Positions 53,103 to 64,000 of a stretch of DNA of 64,000 bases are shown in pieces. Position 1 is the stretch's first letter; each line of letters begins with the position of its first letter. The stretch comes from Sphagnum compactum (lineage: Eukaryota). The stretch spans positions 12,080,213 to 12,144,212 of the forward strand of contig OZ234493.1 in the NCBI GenBank assembly GCA_965153455.1. The letters are read 5' to 3'. The notes below the pieces were generated by a model. It was given only the letters and a program-made list of their open reading frames with translations, was not told where the DNA came from and did no database searches. A program made the position numbers and the translations under genes.

Positions 53103-56044
53103 GCACTGGTGGGTGCTGGTTCACTATGGCCCTAGCTATCCTTACATGAAGGAAATGGGTGTTACAAGAGAGATTTATATAAACTCTGTTTGTTTGATGG
53201 GACTTATTTTGGTTGAAAGATCTCTCTTCTGTTGCAAGGACAGGGACTATCCTATTGGATTCAACTTTTGGAAAGTTTTATGTTATCGAAACCAGCTTTT
53301 GGTGAAACCAGCTTTTGGTGAAAGTGTTTAGACTGTTTGGATTGGAACGGATTGTTTTGGTGTTCAGAGTGTGGACACAGTAGGCAGATGTACAACATCT
53401 TATCTATTGGCACGACCAACATGTTTGTGACAACATGATAACAGCGACACCCAACAACTCCCCAAAATTCTTCCCCGTGTTGGTTCACATGCCAGAGGTC
53501 TTAACAACAAAAATTCTCTTCTTCTTCTTCTTTCAATACACTTTTATGAAAAAGGAGGAAAAATGTTGAGTTGGAGCTGACAGCACAAATTATTTTCCTT
53601 TGCTTTTTTATCTATAAGCCTATTATTACTGATGAATGAATTACAGTGTTGTTATAGCTTTATCTGCTTCCAGCTCAAAAGGTATGACACTTGCTTCTTC
53701 ATGCAACCAGCTCTTCTCAAATTTGAGACAATCCACTGAGTCACACAGGACAGCTCCACAATTTATCTTCACCCAAATTTAGCTTGCACGAAGCAGCAGC
53801 AGAATCACGTGAACAAATTGAAGTATTCACTGCCCAGAAAATCTTACTGGGCAACCAACCAGCAATGATATAATCTGATAATTTTCCGAGTAGGCAAGGA
53901 GTTAGTAGTTAGTTCTTCACCCAAGTTTAGTGGTACGACATTGCAACAGTTTCTACCTGACTTCAAAATAATTTTTTATAACGAAAATTGAAACACATTC
54001 TGAGCTTTAACATCCAACAGCAACAAAAAAAAGTTATGTTTTAAAAAAATTTAATAAAAAAATTTACTTATCTGCTCTCATTAAAAAAAACTTTCAACAA
54101 AAAGTAAGTTCTTTCCTTGTAGGCATTTATTAAGGGTTACAGCCCTTTCCATTAACTACAGGGCCCGAGACAAAGTGAGATGAGTTGGAATTGATGCTGT
54201 GAAATTGTTTTTGATAAATTTCTTTTTGGGGGTTCAATAGCTACATTTTGAGGGAAGATTCAGATGGGTATCTTGTGTCGTTTACTCTTGAATAGCATGT
54301 AGCTACTTACAGCCAGCCAGCAAGCAAGCAAGCATATTCTTAAAAGTTGCAGGTGGTTTGTCAGGGAGTATCTTCTCCTTCAATAATTGACAATATTTCA
54401 ATTGGCTTTAAACTCACATCTGTTGCTTGTTTCGTTTCCAGTTTTGGAGTGTGCAAGATCTTTTACACTGAAAAGCAATCATATGGGGTCGGCATAAAAG
54501 TCCCCAGCAAAAAAATTAGCAGCCAGCCAGCCCCATGCCTAACTTGGAATGCAATTTCCCTGGAACATGTTTTTGTCTTTTTTTTGCTTGGGAGCTTTAT
54601 GAACTATATATATATATATATATATAATTAGACAACAACAAGTTGTTGCAACCCAACTCAACTTAAGTTGTTGTCGTCTAATTATTATATATAGCATATG
54701 GAAAACACATGTATTTTCAGCTCCTCCCTCAGACACTTGTTTTTGGTGGGTTCATGCTCACAATTGACAACCACCCATCAAGCCAGCCAGTTGGGTCCAG
54801 ACTCCAGTGTTGGATCTGTATATAGGCATATGTTAGTATCAACTATATATCAACACCAAGACTGATTTGGTACTGAATTTTGGCTAAAATCAATCCCAAA
54901 CAAAACAACATTGCTCATCTCATGACCTAATTGCACACTTGTCTAGTTCAAGGTCTTGGCACATTGAAGACATCTCTCCTCAAGCCCCCTTCCTCAAACC
55001 CTCACTTAGTCGACACCTATATGACTCAAATTAGGAGTCGAACCCAGCCCAACATTTAGACTCACAACTTTGTCCACCACAAGAAGGATGGGGCTCCATG
55101 ATGATCTGGATTTGGGCCCAGACTAGACGACGAATCCTGAGGGTGGGTTTGCCTAGAAGAAGGGCATGTCATTTCCCTTGTCACACACTTGGTACATTTG
55201 GAAAACACTTGACGAGGAGCAAGGATCCATTTGCGCACTTAGTACTTACTATTTTGGAAAGCCCTCAATCAGTAGGAATGCATTGAGGTGGTTTCATAGT
55301 GTATAATAAAGAGTTATTGAATCAAAATTTTCATTGAAAAATCAACAAATCTTCAAATTTCAAATTCAATTAGTTAGATAATGAGTTTACACTTATTAAC
55401 TTGGGCCAACAATTAGTATTGTATAATTGAAGGGGAAGCTTCATTCTTCCTTTACTATATGTAATTTAGCCTGGGAGAGGCTCTTGGTTATGGCAGCTCT
55501 GACTTGTGTGCCTACTGATACCTTCAAAGAAGAAAAGAAAAAACAAACAAACAAAACAAAACAAAACAGTTGCTGAATTTGGTGGGTGCTCCCAAGTCAA
55601 GCTGAGATTGTGTGCATTGTGCTTCCTTGTCCTATTTTGAGGTCATGGGTGTTTTTGTAAGGTAATCTTTAGACTTTTTGAGGCCAGTTGCTCAGTTGTG
55701 CTTTTTAAAAAGAAATATTTATTAAATGATTAATTTTTTAAAATAAGAAATAAAATTTTTAAATAATAATAAAAATATTCTAAATGTTTAATTAATTATT
55801 TTCTTCTGTGTGTTAATTTTTAAAAAAATAATATAATTAGACTCTTTCTGGAATGAGACCCGATACCTTGAACCTAAAAAAAAAAAAAAGCTTAGTCTGA
55901 CTCAGACAACCAGAATGTAACATGCTCTCTTACTTACGTAACTCTCTTATTTATTATAATATTAGTTATTAATAGAGTTATAATAATATTATTAATTAAG
56001 AGAGTTATGCTCTCTTATTATTATATTTTTTGCTCTCTTATTTA

Positions 56045-56207
56045 CAAGATATTATTATAACTCTATTATAACTAATCTCAAGTTTCAACACAAGCCAAAA
56101 TATCATCATCTCTCAAAAATCCTCATATAATAAAAATAGACCTATTATTATTATTATTATTATTACCAATTGGCCATGAAATCCCTGAAGCTAATATACT
56201 CTATAAT
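56045..56207 (+). repeat. Repeat family A, copy 4 (truncated)
   Basis: CAAGATATTATTATAACTCTATTATAACTAATCTCAAGTTTCAACACAAGCC... matches 30864 onward. Confidence 0.9.
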
Positions 56208-56451
56208 GGTACTTTCATTTTTTTAATAGCCAAAAAAATTTGGTCCTAGTCCATCAAAAAAAAGTTCATCTAGGTACTTACCTCAACTTGCCTTTTACTA
56301 AAATAATAATAATTTAATAATATGGGGCGAGAGTGGCCAGTTTCCGCATACTGATAGGGTATCAAATGCGTAACTGGGAATGAAAATTTTACAAAAAGGA
56401 AATAAACTGGGACCGAAACATGCTTTCCACCAATTTTGGTGGTAAACTGAA

Positions 56452-56873
56452 TAGAGTTATCCGTAAAGTCAGGCGATTACGGGGCGAGAATGGCCAGTTT
56501 CGGCATACTAATAGGGTATAAAATGCGTAACTGGGAATGAAAATTTTACAAAAAGGAAATAAACTGGGACCGAAACTAGTTTTTCCACCAATTTTGGTGG
56601 TAAACTGAGTTTCATCCCGTGTTTCCTTTTGCGTAAGCTCCCCTACTGCACTGCTGCTGCTCCATATATTTTCACTGCTCCTACCTGTACAACTACTGTA
56701 ATTGCTCCCGAACCAACCTTGTGCATTAAATGCTGAGTTTCACCATTTCATTACCCAGATTGAATGAATTTTCCTTACTTTGCGGATACCACTGAAAAAA
56801 TAGGGGATTGGGGCCGAAAGCAAGCAGAGGAAATAGAGGGTGAAAACAGAGGGTGACTTTATGGATAACTCTA
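56452..56873. mobile_element. MITE with 20-bp terminal inverted repeats
   Basis: TAGAGTTATCCGTAAAGTCA (56452-56471) versus TGACTTTATGGATAACTCTA (56854-56873), 19/20 complementary. The outer TA may be a TA target duplication. Confidence 0.75.
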
Positions 56874-58955
56874 ATGTTAGGTTCTGAAAACTAACTAGCA
56901 CTGGACCTCAAAACCAAATTCTCGGCTCCATGTATGTGAGTAACTAGACCCGGAACTGCTCTAATTTAAATTTCTAGGACCAAATTTTTTTGGCTATTGA
57001 AAAAATGAAAATAAAATAATATAGAATGAAGTAAAACTTATAGAAGGATGATTTAAAGATTTGTGCTTAGCTATATTTGGTTTATAACCAAGTTTGGCTA
57101 AATCTTTGAAGGGATGATTGCCATTTTTGGCTACAAACAAAAAAAAGTTCCTAAAAACAAAACACTGCTATGAAAGTGTGTGTGAGTTCATTATGTTTGG
57201 GGAACTTCATGGGAACACATCCCATCTTAATTATTGCTAGTTTGAACAACCCACCCACCCACCCAAACATGATGAACCTTGGGTGGCCAACAAAACTCAT
57301 ACTACCTTATTACTACTTTGGCAGCTTCGACACTAATTATATTATTTTCAAAAATGTTGAAAATTCCGAAAATATTATTTTTTCTTCAATTTTATTTTAC
57401 TTTATTTTTGGATAGAAACTATTGGGTCTTCAAGAATATTTTTTATTTTCAAAATGAGAATTTCCAAATTAATTAATTATTTAATTATTTGATCACCATG
57501 TGTTGATTATATTGGTCGCTTGTTCTTCCAACCGTGTGTCTTGTGTTGCTAACTTACATTAACGCCACGGCCCATATTTTCTCCAAATTTATAATTTAAA
57601 AAAAATCTAGACTTTGTGTTGGTATGCATCCTTATTTACGAGGGCAACTTTTCTCCAAATATTTTATTTTTTAAAAAAAAATTCTAGATTGTGTGCTAGT
57701 ACATATATACTATTTACAAGGGCTATTCGCCGCGGCTCCAATTTCTACACATTACTCCAAACAAAATCAAATGCCATTTCGGATGCACTTGCTTGTTTGA
57801 CCCACTATTAAAATTCCTTCTCTCCAACGGGCGTCATCATATACATCAGATGCGGAACCTCCCCTCCCACATATACGATTGATTTTATTTATTTATTTAT
57901 TTATTCGCACCGTGGAGTTTGGTTTCATCCATAAAATTAATGAAAATATATGTTGTATGTAATTTTTATTTTTTTATTTTAATTTTTATTGATCTAAGGA
58001 AAATAACCTTCTACATATGATGCAAAATGCATGATAAGAATATTTTTAAATGAATATTCTACTCCACGTACATGTACATGTATGCTTCACACGGAAATTT
58101 GGATTTGTTTTACACCAATGCCAATCCATTGGAATTTTGGCACATGTAAAGTTCAACCTTTTTCCATGAATATAGAAATATTTGATACGCGTGTCTTATT
58201 GTGTGTCTAGGTGCAAATTTTTGTGGTAATTATTGTAGCCACAATAACAATTTTGAAAATAATGCACAATGCATATATATATATTTACTATTTTTTTTTT
58301 ACTACTTTCTTTTGTCACAATTGTTGTGACCCCTTAACCACATTGAGCTCACAATAGCCTTATGTGTGATAGTGTTTTACGAAGCCTAAACAAAGGGGCA
58401 AATTGTGGGAGAATCAAATTACTTATATTCAAGAACATAATTCTCAATTGTATGCTTGTCACACAATTTTCTTAGTTTCATTTTACACTTATAAATACAA
58501 TTATGAAAAAAAAATCTTGTCCAATGAGATAATATTTAGATTTTGCATGTTTTAATCCAACATGTTTTTTGTTTTTTTTTTCAAGCTATAAGCTCCCAAC
58601 ATTTTAACACCAAGTGTTTGAACTTTGAAAAATATTCCCAAAAGGGTATGGAAGGAATTTCAAGGATTTGTCATTTGGATGTAATAATACCCCCCATGGG
58701 AATGTACAAAAGTAGTATATATGTTAAAGGATGATTGATCATAGTTCCTTGTAAAAAGGTCTTTTTGGCTCAAGTTGCTCCTTGGTAAATATATGATGAA
58801 TTTGGTGAAAATTGCATTGAATTCTTCTACAACTACAACAATGTTTTCAAAAAGAATAAAATCGCATCTTACTTGAACATTAGCCATGTTGTTGGATAAT
58901 TAATCTTATAATTTAATTATCCCAACTTATCACAAAATGAGCAACAATAGTGTAT

Positions 58956-59195
58956 TGTAATGCCTAGGCTGGTTAGTAATCAATTAATTAATTTTGAAAT
59001 TGCCAAAAATTCTGAAAAATATTTTCCTGCCACGCCGAAAAATCTAAAAGAATATATCAAAGCACATAAGGCTTCATTATTTAGTATAATGCTGAAATGT
59101 GAAAATATTATTATTTTTTCTTGCTGAAAGAAAGTAAATGACAAATATGTATATATTATTAGGCACCTTGGTGCCAAACCAGCCCAGGTACTACA
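58956..59195. mobile_element. Putative ~240-bp MITE
   Basis: TGTAATGCCTAGGCTGGTT (58956-58974) versus AACCAGCCCAGGTACTACA (59177-59195), 16/19 complementary; palindrome GGCACCTTGGTGCC just inside the right end. Confidence 0.5.
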
Positions 59196-61514
59196 TAAGT
59201 ATGAAAATCGGACACAATTTCATCTAACATTAACAATAGCCACGTAGTGCCCGAAATTCATTTTAAAGAAAACCAATAGTCACTAGAAGAGAACGTGGTT
59301 TTTCTCACACAAAAGGCCATGGCTTGTAGCACATGTGTGAGGTAAACATTGTGGTTTCATCCATTACAATAGGGGTTGTTTATTTTGACATGTATTACAT
59401 AAATATTAAAAATTTAACATTAAGTTATGACAAATATCACACTATTTATTTATTTTGGGCACAAATGAGAGAATTCATATTACAAAATTGTTAAGAACAT
59501 TCTTAAAAACCTAAAATTTTTGAGACTTTTACAAATAGGGAGCTCATTATCAAGTCCTCTTCACATTGTAGGCTTGGAAAGCGTGAAGTCAATTCCAAAT
59601 TTGAAAATGTTGTTTTTCATGCCTCATTTTTGTGACACTTTTGTTATAATTGTCCAACTTTGATGGTGAGTCATGTTTGAAAAATAATTATGTTTTGAGC
59701 TTTACTACTAAAAAAATGGCCATTTGTGTGGCATCTTGAAATGGTGAAAGCCCATTTATGATATATCATTATCATTGGCTATTCCATTTGGTATAGAGTA
59801 TTATCAAAAACCCTTGGTCCTTGACATTATTGTCAAAACTAGGGTTCAAGGGCCTTGAGTTTTGAGAATATTCTTAAAACCCCAGGTCCCCTTTCAAAGC
59901 CATGGGGGCCTTTAGTCATGTCAATATTCCCATGATCGAAAGTTGAGCATCATGCAATCAAGGTTTTCCAAAACATTCTTATGGCACAGGTTGAATGGGT
60001 TGGAAATTTGGAACATGAAAATTATTTCAAAACACCATACCCTCTAACTCCTTGCCAAAAGTAGAATTGCCTTAATTCAAACAATTTGACCCCAAATATG
60101 TGTAGAATTAATCCTTAAATGGCATGGTATTAAGTTTATCATAAAAATGGTTAGCCCTACTACCATTTACATATAATCTGGTTTTAATCATTGATTAAAT
60201 TGCATCCAAAGCTCATTAACCTTAATCATTTGGTCATATAATCAAGGAATAATTTACTAAGCATCTAAAGTTGATTAGTCGTAATCACGGTTACACATAC
60301 TTAGGGGACCATTGTTGATGAATTCACATCCACAACAAGATGGATTATAACACTTTCAGACACAGTGTGATGTTTATAACGTGCAATCAAAGAGAAAATC
60401 AACGACTGCTTAATGCATGGCCCCAATGAATTCAACATTTTTCATGCAATTAACTTACACACAACCAACATTAATTTATGCCTTATTACTTGTCATCAAA
60501 AAAATTTCATGCAAACATTTCACACACAACTTCATCAACAATTTGATCATAGATTACTCACATTCTTTTCATAATTTACACACATTCTTTTCACAAGTTA
60601 ACACCACAACAATAAAATTTCATCCATTTTAGGTGCATATTACATCACTTTTGAATTGTGTGCGAAAATTTGAAAAGATGAATAAAATAATGCAAGAAAA
60701 TCAAATGTGGAACTTACAACTTGTTACACAACAAGACAATGATGAATATGCAAACATGACACATGATGAAGTTGAATCATTAAACAACAAATTTGATTGC
60801 CATGAATCAAATTACATAACTAACTAGCAAGATGCATAAGGCAAACAATCTATTCCTCCTATGAATGACCTTGTCCAACTACCACTAACTTGTATTTCAA
60901 ATGTTTTGCCCAAGTTAAATCCTAGGTCAATTTTAAGTTATTTACATCCTCTAAACACCCTTCCCACAACACCATGTTATTATGTATTTGGTGATGAAAA
61001 TGCAACACCCATTTGTAGCTGCAATGAGAGTGCACACATGAAATCGATGCATCACAAATCAATCTTGCAACATTAACCAACCATTGATCTATTTGCTCAA
61101 AACCTACCATGTTGAGCTTCAAATGCTTTAGAACATGCAACTAGAAGCAATGGTGATGCAACATTTTGAAATTTGACACCAACACATGGGATGTCAATTG
61201 ACATTGCATTTCAAAATCCAACTCAAAGGACATTGTGGATTCCCGCTTCTCACAATCCATCACGCAAGAAATTAGTGGATCTTGCTTCTCATAGTTCGTC
61301 ACCTAGGGCTAAGGAATGCACGAACAATGTTTAAGGAAGTAATGGCAATCCCACCACACAATCACATTCGAAGCAAAAAAACATAAGGAAAAATGGGAAT
61401 TGGGACAACATTTCCTTGAAGTTGGCAATGGAAAGCGTTGAAGTGAGCGACAACTTATAGACTGATGTTCGGAGGTGGGGCGTGTTTACATCACTCCACA
61501 AACATGTGTATGCA

Positions 61515-62040
61515 AAAAGAAAGAAAACTACATTAATGGAGTATGTGAAAAAAAATAGTTGATTGGGCATCCAATCACATTGACACAACTACAATTGAAA
61601 GTTGTAGAGATTACCTAGGAAAGAGCGTCTCCTTTCAATAACAACATACCTAGGTGGGGGTGGTTATGATGGTTTAAAAAGCGAAATCTTGACCTATCGT
61701 TGCAAGTCGTTCAAGGTTTGGAAATAGGGCATGTGAAAGCTTTGTGCCCAACCAATGTAGAAAGTCTATACAAAAACTTATTTGAAGCTTATGAAGCACA
61801 CATGTACCCACCATCATAGATTTGGAATTATGATGAATCTGGTGCCCAAGCCAGTTGAAATGGAAGCAACTTGGTTCTAGCATGAATCGACTCACAAACA
61901 ATGCATTCAATCACGCCAAATGAATGTGAACGGTTGTCCATGTTATCATGCATCAATGCATCCAATGTAACGTTCCCAAATTTTTACATTTTTAGAGGTA
62001 ACTGTTTCCAATAAAACTTCATTGCCAAATGTGAATTAAG
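61515..62040 (+). mobile_element. Decayed pogo/Tigger-like (CENP-B HTH + DDE_1) transposase remnant
   Basis: GHPITLTQLQLKVVEIT, GWL*WFKKRN (CENP-B-type HTH), IWNYDESG (61820-61843) and LSMLSCINA...PNFYIFRG, with in-frame stops. Confidence 0.8.
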
Positions 62041-62059
62041 TGTGTTGACAGTTTGTTGT

Positions 62060-62760
62060 AACTTGAGAATACAAATTTGAATAGCTTCATCAACAACCTT
62101 TATGAAAATTGTGTACTATTGTGTTATCAAATATCAATCTTCTTTGGATGTTGTTGCCACATTTTTTATCAAGACCATAACACATTGGCCTCCATTGTAT
62201 GCTTCAAGAAAATATTTATATTATGTGCCTAAAATTATTGCTAAAAGGAAGAACATCTTGGTCAAATTCACCTTTTCCATTTGTAATCAATAACTATTTT
62301 TCACCTTTGCTATTTCATTTTTCCCTTACATCAACAATAATGACAACAAAGTAGCAAAACTCCAATTTTGAAAAGAATTTTTGAATTTTCTAATGAAATC
62401 CATGTGGAAAACATGTGAACCAATTCAAGTTCAAAAGCAATGATTGGTGATACAATGGTTGTAAATTCAATTACAATGACAACATGCATGCCACCTTTTT
62501 CAAATCCCCTTTGGATTTTAATTTAATGTCGAAAATTTTCACCTTCATAGACATGTTTTTTGGCAAATATTGTTCATGCATATCTATATGAGGTGATTTG
62601 ACCTTGAAAGTGATTATGGTCAGAGTTGCCTTATCCAACAAATCACAATGTAAATATGCATAACTTTGATCTTCCATGCTTTTATTTGTAATTCAATAAA
62701 AGGTGCCAACCTATTGAACATGTTTGCCTCAAATGCAACATTTCTAACTTCAAAATCCAA
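62060..62760 (-). pseudogene. Possible decayed OB-fold/RPA-like gene (as carried by plant Helitrons)
   Basis: Fragments LHCDLLDKATLTIITFKVKSPHIDMHEQYL...VKIFDIKLKSK and LLITNGKGEFDQDVL show an OB-fold-like beta pattern; interrupted by stops. Confidence 0.3.
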
Positions 62761-64000
62761 ATCATCCACCACAATAATTAATCAATTATTTTTCACTAGA
62801 ACAACCATTGTGCAAGAAAAAACTTATCAAAATGAATTTGATAACCAACAAACAAAGTAGCAGAAAAATGGGATTTAACAAACACACACTTGAAAAAACT
62901 CAAGCTTGCAAAAAAATCGATACATAATGAAAAGCTTATGTTAAGCACAATGTTCATGCTAGTTAAAAAGAAAGATAATAAACATACAATGTAATATTTA
63001 GTATGGAACAAATAAACTTGATTGAAACCCTAAACCTTTTATTAATGTTCTTTGACTTTAACTTATTTTGACTATAGGTTGACTGCAAATTAACAATTAA
63101 AAATCACATTCATGGTTCGACAGTTAAATTATGGTCCAATAATGAACAATATATTCTACAAATTTTAATTATGCAACTCATGGGTACATCAAAACCCTCT
63201 ATATTCTATTTAGACCAACGACCCAATAAATAGAGTAAGCCTTTTTAGAAAGATAAGTAATGGGCCATGTTAAACGAAGAGGGCTTTAATAAATATGCAA
63301 GATATTTAATGAAAGCAAACCATACATACATTGTGTTTATGTACAACATTGCAATTATCAAGTTGGACCCACCATAATATAATCCTTAAAAATGCTCTTT
63401 TCCAAACCATACTTACACTCCAAGCACACGGCTCTTGCTTAGTATCTTAAACTAGCATAATTAAACAAGATGGATGGTCCAACCAAATTCAACAAAAAAA
63501 AATACTTTTCTGCTTTGATGAAGACCAAGTTCATACCATGATTGCATAATAGTTTAAAAACTATTAAATGTGTGCAACCAAAAATTTTAAGAAATATTGG
63601 TTGCACCCTTTTTGAGTTTTTCATGCTTCTAATTGTCGCAACTTGGATTTGAGATACAACATCTTAACCTTAAACTTTTTTACATTGTTTAAACCATTCT
63701 TTTCATTTTCACTTCAATATATATTTATTTGGTAAACATATAAGTATGTATATATATATAAATATGTATCGGTAAACATCAACTTTTTGATCATTTGCAT
63801 GAAAATTTTAGTCCTACAAACAATTGAAATTGAATTGTTTTTCAATTTCTGGTTAAATGTATTCAATGTTTGATTTCAAATAAGATTTTAATTAAATTTT
63901 TTTTTGAAATTAATCTTTTTGTGTTGAAGTTTTGCCATGTTTGGTGCCCCCAAAAAATGACATATTAATTTTTTAAAGAAAAATCTTGCGAAAATATCCT

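Noticed and set aside
53120-53252. Imperfect hairpin and a miR156-like site (TCTCTCTTCTGTTG) suggesting a MIRNA/TAS locus
   Set aside because: Pairing to the miRNA 3' part fails and the stem is heavily interrupted; not supportable without small-RNA data.
55025-55097. tRNA-like sequence on the minus strand with B-box GGGTTCGACTCC
   Set aside because: No complete cloverleaf or acceptor stem; at most a decayed SINE head.

Overview
AT-rich eukaryotic nuclear DNA. The GT-AG introns, microsatellites and repeat types suggest a land plant, probably a bryophyte (inference). Three spliced protein-coding genes can be rebuilt by hand. (1) A 7-exon mitochondrial-type thioredoxin o with a WCGPC site (minus strand, 21199-18578, 201 aa). 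(2) A 2-exon, 108-aa F-box protein placed head-to-head with it (plus strand, 21839-23138). (3) A 4-exon, 529-aa gene not visible as a single ORF (plus strand, 30274-33299), encoding a Tudor/SH3-like segment and a RING-H2 finger split by an intron. Exon 2 of gene 3 is 381 nt, phase-symmetric and stop-free, and is bracketed by ~350-bp inverted repeats in the two flanking introns, a layout associated with back-splicing or exon skipping. The rest is decayed transposon sequence: two MULE transposase remnants, a helicase-plus-endonuclease Helitron remnant, a pogo remnant, a 154-bp CACTA element with intact termini and TSD, MITEs, three minisatellites and a patchwork of short templated copies near 56 kb. 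All gene models and family assignments come from manual reading; no searches were run.
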